Shown here: positions 29,368 through 39,317 of the stretch, piece after piece
Layout of the letters: the number at the start of each line of letters is the position of its first letter
How positions within the stretch are numbered: the stretch's first letter is position 1
Assembly: GCA_038891615.1 (NCBI GenBank)
Contig: JAWADY010000001.1
Location: 96,001-160,000, forward strand
Reading direction: 5' to 3'
Length of the DNA stretch: 64,000 bases
Origin: Candidatus Woesearchaeota archaeon
GTDB lineage: Archaea > Nanobdellota > Nanobdellia > Woesearchaeales > ARS49
Notes under the pieces: model-generated
The model's input: the letters and a program-made list of their open reading frames with translations, nothing else
Database searches by the model: none
Told to the model about the DNA's origin: nothing
Translations under genes and position numbers: made by a program

Positions 29368-32151
29368 ATGGCATCAAATTTAGAAGAATGCATAGAAAAC
29401 AAAGAAACAGCACCCGAAATCAGTGCTGAAAAAGGGCAAAAAGGTCTCCAAAATAAGATATTGGAAGAACTCTCTTTTCTGGAAAAACAAGACAAAGAAG
29501 CTTATGAAAAAATAACAAAGGAAGCAGATGAGCTATTTGCATTAAGCAAGGAAAAACAACTCCCATATACTAAGGACGATTGCCTAAAAGAGGCTTTTGA
29601 GCTCTACACTGAGCGAAGAGATAAGCCAGTTCTGATTTATTGTTCTGAAAATGCATGTCAAAAAACTAAAAACCTCGAAGAGCTTCTCAAAAAGCAGTTT
29701 GAGAAACAACAAATAAAGATTAAGAGTGTCAACGGATTGGAAGAGCTAAACGCGCTACATGGACGGCTAAAACTAAAAAGTGAATACAATTATAGTGGTA
29801 TAATTGCTCTGCTTGCGGATGAAGAAAAGACACTCATAAATCTGCAGATATACGATATAGAGACTTGTAACAAGCAAGACTTTATTTTTATATACAGCCC
29901 AAATATTCCCGATTCTGGCGAATTATCGAATGAGCAAAGAATAATTGAGTGTGGAAGAACTGAAAATCTTGATGGACGTATAAAAGATATCTATTTGCAA
30001 TGCCTTCAGGAGCTTGTTGGTTTTAAGCAAAAAGAACCTCAAGAAATTAAAACAACTTCTGAAGAAGGGCAATCAACTCTTGGATTTGATATTTTGCCTA
30101 AAATAAAAATCGCGCTCTTTTTGAACAAGCAAAATGAAGAGGAGATAACAAAAAAATATAGTGATGCTTTTGTCTTGCAAAAACCAGCAGCATCAAGCGA
30201 TTTGGATTGCAACTTAATTATTTGCGATAATCTCAGTCTCATAGAGTCAGACTTACAGAAAATCTATCGCGTTCCAATAATTTATTTCTCAAAAAGTTTG
30301 ACACCGGATGAAAAAAATGAAGCAAATGTAACTTCTCAAGCCGAAAGCAAAAAAGAATTGAAAGAATTAAATGTCTATTCTAAAGCTTCAACGGAAGAAG
30401 AACTAAACCAGATTGTCGCCGAAGCAGCAAAAGCTGTGCATGATGTTATGCATCTTGAAGAATGGTTGCCTGAAATAGCTAAAGAAATTAATTTAGACAA
30501 GATTATTGCCGCCAAAAAGGCGGGCGAAGCAGCATCAAACTTTGAAATTTATAAAAAACTTTTCACAAACCGTATCAAGGATGCAATGCTTTTCTCTTTT
30601 CTTGAAGCACAGGATGGAAGACCCAGGGCCAACATACTGGTTGATTACATGACTGACATGCTAAATAGAGGTAAAACAAAAGAGGCATGGCAGATTGGTT
30701 TGGAGTTACAAAAATATATCGGGCAAATGAGACCTGCGGGCGAAACCGACACTGGAAGAGAAGGTGGCGCATTCTTGTTTGGTCCTGTAGGGATTTTGCG
30801 TATTGATGGAAAATCACATTCTGTTAAAATTTTTTACGATAAGAAAGATAGAAAGCATTACGAAATTGCAGAACAAAGAAAAAAAGATTCAGCTTATATA
30901 ACTAAAAGCGAATCCTTTCTCAAAAGAAAGTTTAACATTGCTAAAGTTTATGAAACATTACATTATCCAGCTAGTAAAGATTTAGATAAGCTTCCTACAG
31001 ACATTCGCAACTTTTTTGACACAATAAAAGAATATGCTTGTGAAAACGAAGTTGGATATAGTTTAGCAATTCAGGGACAAGTATTTGGCCCAACCCTCTC
31101 GAACGTGCTTTTGAAAATCAATGAAAACTATGAGGCACGCAGGGAGCTTCAAAACGACCTCCGAATGATAAAGAATGCAATGCTGGAAGTATATTTTGAA
31201 CGCCTTGTGTGTTGGAACAACAACATCCCAAGAACAAAATGGGAAAAGCCAAAAGCAGAAGATGTAAAGAATTCCTATCAAAACAAATTGTTTGAAATTC
31301 TTGCGCTTTACTCAAAATATGCTGGAGTAGAATTAACAGAAAATCAAAAAAGCCTGTGGAAAGAATCTGTCAAAGCCTTGTTTGAAGCTGCGAAATGGCC
31401 TGAAAAAAGCATTGTTCGCAAAATGGATGCAAGCACAAAAAATGTGATTTTCAATTATGAAAAAGAGAACATTACATTTGACGAATTATTAAAAGTTTGC
31501 CTGAGTGAAGGCAAATCAAAAGAAAAAGTGAAAGACGTCATTAGAAAACATTTGTATCATGTTGACCTAACTCATAAACACTCTCATTTCCTTGAAGATT
31601 TTTATCATCTTGTAGATTCCTATGAGTTTTCACTCGGAATGAGCAAAATAAATAAATTGTATAAAAATTATATAAAAGCAATTGGGCTAAAAGATGTTGG
31701 TCAAGATACCTATACGCGTTATCTTATGGGGGCATATAATTCACTAAAAAGGGTCTATTTGTTACCGCATTATTTTCAAAAGGTTTTCCAGGAGTATGAG
31801 AACGGATTCATAAGCCAAACTAAGTTTTACGCACGAAAAAGTAAATTAGAGAAAGAAGTACCTTATCGTGTCGAACGTGTTAAAAAATATTTTGACTTGT
31901 TTAAAGAATCCCTGTTTAAGGTGAACAAAAACGGCTGGAAAGAGGATGTAGCTCAACTCGTTCAAGAAGTTGTAATACCGTACAAGAATAAAGCAATCAC
32001 GCTTGAAGAGGTAAGCGAAAAACTTCTCAATTGCATAACAACAAAACCAGTTGTTGCTTCATACGCTTCAGCAATTGCAATCCAATATTTAACACAAAAA
32101 ATCAATGAAGTGTTTAAAGGCTTTAAAACCAACGGAAAACCTTCTGCCTAG
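29368..32151 (+). CDS. Large hypothetical protein with a probable C-terminal protein-kinase-like (APH/choline kinase-type) domain
   Basis: EGGAFLFG, SVKIF, RKMDASTKNVIF (DxxxxN), YHVDL, LEDF in kinase-like order. Confidence 0.55.
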   Translation: MASNLEECIENKETAPEISAEKGQKGLQNKILEELSFLEKQDKEAYEKITKEADELFALSKEKQLPYTKDDCLKEAFELYTERRDKPVLIYCSENACQKTKNLEELLKKQFEKQQIKIKSVNGLEELNALHGRLKLKSEYNYSGIIALLADEEKTLINLQIYDIETCNKQDFIFIYSPNIPDSGELSNEQRIIECGRTENLDGRIKDIYLQCLQELVGFKQKEPQEIKTTSEEGQSTLGFDILPKIKIALFLNKQNEEEITKKYSDAFVLQKPAASSDLDCNLIICDNLSLIESDLQKIYRVPIIYFSKSLTPDEKNEANVTSQAESKKELKELNVYSKASTEEELNQIVAEAAKAVHDVMHLEEWLPEIAKEINLDKIIAAKKAGEAASNFEIYKKLFTNRIKDAMLFSFLEAQDGRPRANILVDYMTDMLNRGKTKEAWQIGLELQKYIGQMRPAGETDTGREGGAFLFGPVGILRIDGKSHSVKIFYDKKDRKHYEIAEQRKKDSAYITKSESFLKRKFNIAKVYETLHYPASKDLDKLPTDIRNFFDTIKEYACENEVGYSLAIQGQVFGPTLSNVLLKINENYEARRELQNDLRMIKNAMLEVYFERLVCWNNNIPRTKWEKPKAEDVKNSYQNKLFEILALYSKYAGVELTENQKSLWKESVKALFEAAKWPEKSIVRKMDASTKNVIFNYEKENITFDELLKVCLSEGKSKEKVKDVIRKHLYHVDLTHKHSHFLEDFYHLVDSYEFSLGMSKINKLYKNYIKAIGLKDVGQDTYTRYLMGAYNSLKRVYLLPHYFQKVFQEYENGFISQTKFYARKSKLEKEVPYRVERVKKYFDLFKESLFKVNKNGWKEDVAQLVQEVVIPYKNKAITLEEVSEKLLNCITTKPVVASYASAIAIQYLTQKINEVFKGFKTNGKPSA

Positions 32152-32178
32152 TCTCCTTACAAGATTTGTTCAACTAAT

Positions 32179-33111
32179 TCAGGATTGATATTGACTTGAA
32201 GGTATTTTTAAGATTAATATTGGACCGAGCGCATCAAATATTTGATGTGCTAGCATGTGAAGATGATGAATAATGACTATTTCTGTCTTTTTTTTCTTTT
32301 TTTTCAACAGTTCCAATCCATTCTTAATTACTTTCTCTTTTTTCAACAAACTTTCTTCGACCAACTTTGGATCGAAGTTATAAAAGAGATTATAATGCCC
32401 TCTCAAAGAAGAATTTATTTCTTTGAAGTATTCAAGCACTTCAAGACTTGGTTCATAGTCTTTCATTTTTTCAAGATCTTTATACAAATATTTATATCCA
32501 TCAGCTATATTTTCTAGAAGGTCAATGAGATTATAAATTGGTCCAATCAATGGATAATTTATTGGATATCCCTTATTCAAAATTCGCCTGCAAGCAACTG
32601 AAAACCTGTTATTTGCTTCTTCAAGAGCTATCAACTCACTGAAGTTTCTAAAGGCTTTATCTCTTAATGACTTGTAGCCTTCATCAGCCATGGAAAGAAG
32701 AAGAGTGAATATTCTTCTAAGCATTTGTTCGAACCCTTCAATGTGGCCAGAAACATTTTTTATTACGTATTGATGTGCTGACTGTTCAACTATTTCATAT
32801 CCTATCATCGCCTTGCTGATTAAAGCTGCGATGTCTTCGCTAACACCAGGAGAATCAACGATTATTTTTATTTCGTCCACACCTTTCTTGTAAAGCGCAT
32901 AAATGATTGATGTAATTTTTTTTCCATAATCAGAAACTTTTATTTCAACCCTTTCTACTTTTGGCAAAGCTGAAGCAAAAATTCTTATTGTGTTACTATC
33001 TATAAGCAAGTCAAGCTCATCGCCTTTTTTGATATTGTTTTTTTCACACCATTCTTTCGGAAGGGAAACTAGTTTACTTGAATTAGCAATTTGTATTACC
33101 TTTCTTTTCAT
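32179..33111 (-). CDS. AbrB-domain/PhoU-family phosphate uptake regulator
   Basis: MKRKVIQIANSSKLVSLPKEW...IKKGDEL AbrB domain; ALY..G.DEI; GYEIVEQ; LENIAD. Confidence 0.85.
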   Translation of the reverse strand: MKRKVIQIANSSKLVSLPKEWCEKNNIKKGDELDLLIDSNTIRIFASALPKVERVEIKVSDYGKKITSIIYALYKKGVDEIKIIVDSPGVSEDIAALISKAMIGYEIVEQSAHQYVIKNVSGHIEGFEQMLRRIFTLLLSMADEGYKSLRDKAFRNFSELIALEEANNRFSVACRRILNKGYPINYPLIGPIYNLIDLLENIADGYKYLYKDLEKMKDYEPSLEVLEYFKEINSSLRGHYNLFYNFDPKLVEESLLKKEKVIKNGLELLKKKKKKTEIVIIHHLHMLAHQIFDALGPILILKIPSSQYQS

Positions 33112-33303
33112 TTATCCCACCTACAGCAATTGAGATTTCTCCTTCGCAATAGGAATTAAAGTGATATATAAAATTTTCTTTTTTTATATAATTTTTTTAC
33201 TTTTATATAAAATTTATAATTTATAATCCAAAAATATAAATATACCATCAATATACATTAGTTCGAAAAAATTCCGAACGCCTGCAAAGCAGGAGGTGGG
33301 GAA

Positions 33304-33492
33304 ATGGAATATTGGGAAAGTGAAGAAGAACATACAGATTTTGGAGAGCTTGATGACACCTCTTTCGCATTTGAAGAATTAAATGAAGAAGACGAAGAAG
33401 AGCTTTGGGAAGATGAAGACGAGTTGTCAATAGCCGAGCAAGGCTTTTTGAAAGGTGAAAGGCTTGCAAGAAAGCGTGACAAAGATTATTAA
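33304..33492 (+). CDS. Small very acidic protein (62 aa)
   Basis: GGAGGTG RBS; D/E-rich; DEDELSIAEQGFLKG. Confidence 0.7.
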   Translation: MEYWESEEEHTDFGELDDTSFAFEELNEEDEEELWEDEDELSIAEQGFLKGERLARKRDKDY

Positions 33493-33662
33493 TTTGTCAA
33501 CTTAAAGATTATCAAATGCATTGCATAAGGCACATAAGCTATGAAGAGTTTGCAGAAGATGCAAACAAAAAAAATGAACCAGTCTGAAAAAGGCTGAAAA
33601 CTACCGACTGGCTTGATACGTTAAAAACTGTTGGGATTTCAAAGTCTTCACTCACTTGATCG

Positions 33663-33698
33663 ACGAACCCACCGGTCCGGTGACCGGTGGGTGCTCGT
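33663..33698. repeat. GC-rich hairpin (REP / IS200-IS605-end-like or terminator)
   Basis: ACCCACCGGTC-CGGT-GACCGGTGGGT, 11-bp perfect stem extended by ACGA/TCGT. Confidence 0.7.
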
Positions 33699-33720
33699 TC
33701 TTTGCCATTTGAATCTAATC

Positions 33721-34452
33721 TTATAGAAGGTCTTTTGTTCTTCCAAAATAGAGTATTTCAAAATTTTTTTCATCAAAAACAAAAATCTCAAATTCTCCTG
33801 CCATCTTCTGAAGAAAAGGACTCAACATCTTGCCATACAATATGTCATTTCCTATTGTTGCGGTTGTAAACGATGGCAAAACAATCATCGTTCTTCCATT
33901 CCACCTTCCTTTAAGAAAGCATTTGTACTTTTCCACCTTAGGACCTTCGCGGAAGCTAACAGCCGGATGTTCATTGCCTATGATGATGGTTTTTATTTTT
34001 TTACTAAAAGTTTTTGGCAAGCTGTGACCATGTGTTATTAGCACATCCTCATACGAATAAGCATCAACAACTTTCAAGCCTTTTTTCTTTGCAATTGGGT
34101 CGAGAAACACATCATGGTTTCCTTTTACAAGCACAACTTCCTGGCATCTTTCAAGCAAGAAGTCAACAAGGTTTAAAATCTCCCGCCATTCTTGACTTAG
34201 TATTTCTCCAAATTCTTGCTTCATGTCGCCGTTTATAACAACTGTTCTTACCTGAAAACCCCTGCTGGCAAGGTTCTCAAAAATTGCTTTTATCATTTTA
34301 ACGGTATTTTTGTAATGAAATCTTGGCAACAAGATACCGACTTTCTCAGCCGCCTCTTCAATTCCAAGATGAAGGTCGCTAATTACCAAAGCTTTGTACT
34401 TTTGAAGATAAAGTCCTAGCCCTATTGTTTCAATCCCTTCACATATCTTCAT
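33721..34452 (-). CDS. Metallophosphoesterase (Lhr-associated MPE)
   Basis: ISDLHLG, INGD, KGNHD, THGH, GNEHP, LPSF; ATGA overlap with lhr. Confidence 0.9.
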   Translation of the reverse strand: MKICEGIETIGLGLYLQKYKALVISDLHLGIEEAAEKVGILLPRFHYKNTVKMIKAIFENLASRGFQVRTVVINGDMKQEFGEILSQEWREILNLVDFLLERCQEVVLVKGNHDVFLDPIAKKKGLKVVDAYSYEDVLITHGHSLPKTFSKKIKTIIIGNEHPAVSFREGPKVEKYKCFLKGRWNGRTMIVLPSFTTATIGNDILYGKMLSPFLQKMAGEFEIFVFDEKNFEILYFGRTKDLL

Positions 34453-37100
34453 CTTTCAGCCTCATTCTTCTTCAGCGAATTCTCTTCAGCAACCTCTGGC
34501 GCGCTTATTAGACAAATTTTTGCAAGAACAAACTGATGCATCCTTCGTAAAAACTCATATTTATCTTCAATTTTCAATACATCAAGATGCCCTTGCAATG
34601 AAATATTAAATGCGAATGGACTTGGAATCGTCGTACTGACCTCTACTATCTTAATTTTGCCATCTTCAATCCATTGCAACACATTTTTTGTGTTTTCAAT
34701 ATCCATCAGATCCTCAAGGACCTCTCGTCTTGCTTCTTTTACTATTGGAAAGTTTGGGTCTATTCCCATAAGGACATTTAGCAAAATCTGAGAAGAAATT
34801 TGCTGCATTCCAACCCGTTTTTTATGCCCCATATAGTTCCTTAAAATCATTAATGACCTGGATGCGCAATGCCTGAACCTCCTCTTGAAAGCTTCAGAAT
34901 GCGCTATAGCTGCACTAAGAATGCTTTCAAGCTTTTCAGATTTTATCAGCTTCAAGATTGTCATAATCGATATCCTCTTATCACCGCTTATAAAAAATCC
35001 ATTGTCATTTATTCCAATTTCTACATCTCTATGATGACTTCTATAGATAGCATAAGCAAGAGCTCGGCTTAAGCAATCATTAACGCGTCTGCCAAAAAGC
35101 GTGTGGAAGATTATCTTGTTGTTCTTGCGTTCATCATCGCTGTAATACTCTATAAGAATTTGTTTATCTGTTGGAATTTTTTTAATATAATCAAATTGCT
35201 CCTTAAAATAGGAATATATTGCGTTTGCGGCATTGTCATCAACATAAAGATATTCATGAATAAATTTTGTTATTTCTTCTTTTGTTTTTTTCATTTCTAT
35301 CTTTTCTGCAAGCAAGCGCCTAAACTTGCCAATCTCGAGTGCAAGGTCAAAACTCAGAGGAAGCATTTCGCTAACCCAGCTAGGAACTGTTGGGGGTCTA
35401 TTTGCTGAAGCTGAAACCTGCACAGTCATCCCTCGCGAATACTTAAACATGTAAGTCTCTCCTCCTAGCACAAATGTGTCGCCTGGCCTCAGGCGTTCGA
35501 CAAATCCTTCATCAAGATGGCCTATTACTTGATCACCCAATTTTACTGTTACAAATGTTTCATCTGGAATTGTGCCTATGTTCATCATATAGATTGGTCT
35601 TCCCATTTTTCCTTTGCTACCAATCTTCCCTTCGTGGCGCCAGATTTTTGCGTATATGTGTCTGTCACAAAGCTCTGCAAAATTTCCAGCAAGATAGTCC
35701 AGGATAGAATTAAAATCTCCCCAACTTAAGTCCTTATAGCAATAGCTTTTTCTTATTGTTTCAAACACTTCTCGTTCATCCCAAACATTTTCAAGGACCA
35801 TTCCAACAATGTGTTGGCACAATACATCAAGGCAGTTTTTTGGAATATGAATTTTGTCAATCTTTTTTTCAAGAGCGGACTTAAGCAGGACAGAACATTC
35901 AACCAAGTCGTCTCTGTCCATCACTATTATCCGACCTTTCACAGTATCGCATAGCCTATGTCCTGAACGTCCAACTCTTTGCAAAAATCTAGCAACCGAT
36001 TTTGGTGAACCTAAACATATCACAAGGTCTATATAACCGATATCAATTCCAAGTTCGAGTGAAGTCGAACAGACAACGACCTTAAGTTGGCCAGCTCTAA
36101 GCTTTTGTTCTATGTGATCACGTATGCCTTTTGCCAAAGAACTATGATGTGCGCCAATATTTCCAATATATTTTGACGGAAATTTTTCTTTGAGATGGTC
36201 AACGACGCGTTCTGTTGCGCTTCTCGTATTTGTGAAAATGAGGGTTGTTTTGTGTGCCTGAATAAGCTCATCAATCAGTCTGTACATTGCTTCGTGCATC
36301 ACCTTATGTGGTGTATCTATAAGGTTTGGAACAGGACAAAGAACCTTCAAATCAATGCTTTTAGGGAATTGAACATCAACTATTTTGCATCCCCTTTCGG
36401 CTCCTACAAGAAAGCGCGCAACTTCTTCAAGCGGCGAAACTGTAGCCGAAAGGCCTATCCTACAAATGGCTGGAGAATATCTGCTCAATCGTTCTAATGA
36501 AAGAGAAAGATGAACCCCTCGTTTGTTTTCTGCCAAAGCATGGATTTCATCAACAATGATCCATTCAACTTCTTTAAGGTGTTCAATGAAACGTTTTGAT
36601 GATAAAACAATCGCAAGCGATTCCGGAGTTGTGATGAGGATGTGAGGTACTTTCTGCAGCATTTTTTGTTTTTCAGTTGCACTTGTGTCTCCTGTTCTTA
36701 CAGCAACACGTATCCCAAGAGGCTTGCCAGCGATTCTCTCAATCTCTTTCAAAGGCGCCAACAGGTTTACTGCAATATCCTTATTCAATGCTTTCAACGG
36801 ACTAACATATATGCAATAAACTTTGTCCTTAAGAATGCCTTTTAGACTCGAATCAACAAGCTCATTGAGAATTGAAAGAAAAGCTGTCAAAGTTTTTGTC
36901 CCTCCTGTTGGAGCCGAAATAAGTATGTTTTCTCGCTTTTGTATTGGTAATACCCCAAAGAGTTGTGGTTGTGAAAAATAGCTGAACCTACTAAAAAACC
37001 ATTTCTCAACCACAGGGTGAAGGATTGATCTTATCTCCATTTCGCTCTGTGGCTTTTCAATAACTTCTATTTTTGCGTCGTTCATTCTGTTTTGGTCCAT
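34449..37100 (-). CDS. lhr: ATP-dependent Lhr-core helicase
   Basis: APTGGTKT, YVSPLKAL, RTGDT, TTPESL, DEIH, LSAT, HHSSL, SLELGIDIG, QRVGRSGH. Confidence 0.93.
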   Translation of the reverse strand: MDQNRMNDAKIEVIEKPQSEMEIRSILHPVVEKWFFSRFSYFSQPQLFGVLPIQKRENILISAPTGGTKTLTAFLSILNELVDSSLKGILKDKVYCIYVSPLKALNKDIAVNLLAPLKEIERIAGKPLGIRVAVRTGDTSATEKQKMLQKVPHILITTPESLAIVLSSKRFIEHLKEVEWIIVDEIHALAENKRGVHLSLSLERLSRYSPAICRIGLSATVSPLEEVARFLVGAERGCKIVDVQFPKSIDLKVLCPVPNLIDTPHKVMHEAMYRLIDELIQAHKTTLIFTNTRSATERVVDHLKEKFPSKYIGNIGAHHSSLAKGIRDHIEQKLRAGQLKVVVCSTSLELGIDIGYIDLVICLGSPKSVARFLQRVGRSGHRLCDTVKGRIIVMDRDDLVECSVLLKSALEKKIDKIHIPKNCLDVLCQHIVGMVLENVWDEREVFETIRKSYCYKDLSWGDFNSILDYLAGNFAELCDRHIYAKIWRHEGKIGSKGKMGRPIYMMNIGTIPDETFVTVKLGDQVIGHLDEGFVERLRPGDTFVLGGETYMFKYSRGMTVQVSASANRPPTVPSWVSEMLPLSFDLALEIGKFRRLLAEKIEMKKTKEEITKFIHEYLYVDDNAANAIYSYFKEQFDYIKKIPTDKQILIEYYSDDERKNNKIIFHTLFGRRVNDCLSRALAYAIYRSHHRDVEIGINDNGFFISGDKRISIMTILKLIKSEKLESILSAAIAHSEAFKRRFRHCASRSLMILRNYMGHKKRVGMQQISSQILLNVLMGIDPNFPIVKEARREVLEDLMDIENTKNVLQWIEDGKIKIVEVSTTIPSPFAFNISLQGHLDVLKIEDKYEFLRRMHQFVLAKICLISAPEVAEENSLKKNEAER

Positions 37101-37246
37101 TTTGTTTGTTCAATTTTATTTCAATATTTAAAATAAATTATGGGAAAATACCATCATGCCTTATGTAAATTGCCTTTTTAAAGTTGATGACTTAGCTTTG
37201 CTTTCTGACACCCTCCTTGAAGTAGTGTCATAAGCCTTACTGAAAT

Positions 37247-37828
37247 TCAACTAGCTCGCAGCAAAAGCCCGCCTAGCACTAAGAAACCAACTGAAAAGGC
37301 AAGGAGTCCAAAATAGACCTTTTTGTTCCACACAAAAACCTTCTGGCCATCCAACATCCAAAAGGGCAGGAGATTAAAAAGGGCTAACCATGAGTTTATG
37401 TGAAAGCCATAAATGCTAATGCGACTTAAATGTGTTCCTGGTAAAAGCAATGTTAAAAAGAAAAAAACAAGTGCAATGGCAAGGCTTGCGAAAGGCCCTG
37501 CTGCAGCAATTTTACCTTTGTACCTTTGGCTTCCTGGTCCATGTATGAAAACGCCGCCAGGGGCTACAAAAACAAAACCAAAAAGGCTGAGCAAAATTGC
37601 AAGAAGTAACATCGAGTCAAAAGACCTGAACTCTGCCAAACAGCCATGTTTTTGTGCAACCCACTTATGACTAAGTTCATGCGCTAAGAAACCTATTCCC
37701 ACAGTTACAGCTGATATTAAAATTGTAAGCAAAAAGTCTGAACCAAATGATACGCCGTGAGATGCAATTGCAAAAGCAATAGATACTGCTAACCACGCTT
37801 TGAGTATATCCTTTGTTTCTGTACGCAT
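37247..37828 (-). CDS. Site-2 protease (M50 family) membrane metalloprotease
   Basis: HELSHK, IAAAGP, NSWLALFNLLPF..LDG. Confidence 0.9.
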   Translation of the reverse strand: MRTETKDILKAWLAVSIAFAIASHGVSFGSDFLLTILISAVTVGIGFLAHELSHKWVAQKHGCLAEFRSFDSMLLLAILLSLFGFVFVAPGGVFIHGPGSQRYKGKIAAAGPFASLAIALVFFFLTLLLPGTHLSRISIYGFHINSWLALFNLLPFWMLDGQKVFVWNKKVYFGLLAFSVGFLVLGGLLLRAS

Positions 37829-37959
37829 TTTATGCAGTCCTAAAGCATTGCCACTGTTTATAAGTCTTTCTCGGAAATGCCATGAAAAAGTGGTCGCAAT
37901 GTTTTAAATATCAAAAAACTTTTTATATGATTTCAATAAGCTTCACAAACTTACTTAAA

Positions 37960-38232
37960 ATGAGCTATTGGAAAAAATGGGCTGAAAGCTACGCCAAGAA
38001 GAATCAAAGAGAGGTTTGGTTGCCAGAGGATTACAACAAGCTTTGTTGTGAATTTGCAAAACAGTTTAACTCAAAATCAAACTTGAAAGAGCTTGAAGAA
38101 ATTATAGGCCCCGGCGCCTCTCGCATGGATATGCAGGCATGGCCTTCTCAATATTGGATAAACTATTGGAGGTGCTTTCAGAGAATTTTTGAAAATGTGC
38201 TCATTCTTGTCAAATACAAAATTGGCAGTTAA
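37960..38232 (+). CDS. Hypothetical protein
   Basis: About 90-aa ORF after a TATA-like element, co-oriented with the MGMT gene. Confidence 0.5.
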   Translation: MSYWKKWAESYAKKNQREVWLPEDYNKLCCEFAKQFNSKSNLKELEEIIGPGASRMDMQAWPSQYWINYWRCFQRIFENVLILVKYKIGS

Positions 38233-38250
38233 ACTTAGAAAGGAAGAAAA

Positions 38251-38586
38251 ATGCCAAAAATAAAAGAGGAAACAAACTTTCAAAAAAAGGTTTATAGCCT
38301 CTGTAGGCTTGTGCCAAAGGGAAGGGTTACAACCTATAAAGAAATCGGAAGAGCACTTGGCGGTAAGGGCCAGGTCTATCGGGCAGTAGGCGTTGCTCTT
38401 AGTAAGAGCTCTCATTCACCAAGAGTGCCATGTCATAGAGTTGTGAATAGCAATGGAAGTGTTGGCGGATTTGCCCATGGGGTATCCAAAAAAATTTCTC
38501 TCCTACAAAAAGAAGGTGTATATGTAAGAAATGGTAGAGTAGTTGATTTTGATAAGATTCTATTCAAGTTCAAAAGGTTTAAATAG
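38251..38586 (+). CDS. ogt: Methylated-DNA--protein-cysteine methyltransferase (MGMT, single domain)
   Basis: VPKGRVTTYKEI, RAVG, VPCHRVV, GGF, K..LL..EG. Confidence 0.9.
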   Translation: MPKIKEETNFQKKVYSLCRLVPKGRVTTYKEIGRALGGKGQVYRAVGVALSKSSHSPRVPCHRVVNSNGSVGGFAHGVSKKISLLQKEGVYVRNGRVVDFDKILFKFKRFK

Positions 38587-38633
38587 GGCTCTGTGCTGAA
38601 GATTTTCAAAACAAAAGAGTGATGGTGATGCTT

Positions 38634-38990
38634 ATGGTTGAGCAAGGCGGAATAAACATAAACATTGTTGATGGTGGAGCGTTTTTTGCTCACGAGGTGT
38701 CAGCAAACTTCACTCCAACACAGCTTACGCTTGATTTTAAGTGCATTACGCCAAGGATCGACCCAAGGGGAAAGGGAAAGCCTTCATTTCAGATGATTCA
38801 TAATGTCATAATGATGGAACCTTGGCACGCAAAAGAGTTTGTAAACATGCTTAAAGCAGTCATAGAGCGCTATGAAGAAGAGTATGGCGCAATAAAAAAG
38901 CCGGCTGCACTTGAAAAGGCAGAAAAGAAACAAAAGGCTATGAAGAAAGAAGTTAACCGAGGAGAAGGGACACCTGCTTATTTAGGTTAA
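38634..38990 (+). CDS. DUF3467-like conserved protein
   Basis: FFAHEVSANFTPTQ..LDF, HNVIMMEPWHAK.F...L...I..YE..YG.I. Confidence 0.75.
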   Translation: MVEQGGININIVDGGAFFAHEVSANFTPTQLTLDFKCITPRIDPRGKGKPSFQMIHNVIMMEPWHAKEFVNMLKAVIERYEEEYGAIKKPAALEKAEKKQKAMKKEVNRGEGTPAYLG

Positions 38991-39108
38991 AAGCATTCAA
39001 CTCTTTCGTATGTACTTCTTTTTAATCCAATACAGCATCGATACGGATTCCTGAGTCTCCAAAGTATTTTGCGATAGCTTTTTATAGCCGTCTAATTCAA
39101 GTTTCCTC

Positions 39109-39312
39109 ATGACAAATGCTCTAGAAAGCTGGATAAAAGAGCTTGAAAAAAGGGTTGCAGAAATAGGACCCAAAGAAATAGAAAAAATCCAGGTTTTTGT
39201 GAGAAGATGCCCAAGGTGCAAGCAACTTTCTTTGGAATTTGACCCAAACACAGGGATAATAAGATGCTCTCGTTGTGGGTTTGAGTACAAACTTGTTATG
39301 GGAAAGCAGTAG
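39109..39312 (+). CDS. Small zinc-ribbon protein
   Basis: CPRC...CSRCG. Confidence 0.75.
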   Translation: MTNALESWIKELEKRVAEIGPKEIEKIQVFVRRCPRCKQLSLEFDPNTGIIRCSRCGFEYKLVMGKQ

Positions 39313-39317
39313 GAAAA

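Noticed and set aside
37206-37230. TGACAC-N13-GTGTCA inverted repeat upstream of lhr
   Set aside because: Only 6-bp arms and the spacing does not match the N6 operator; may be chance
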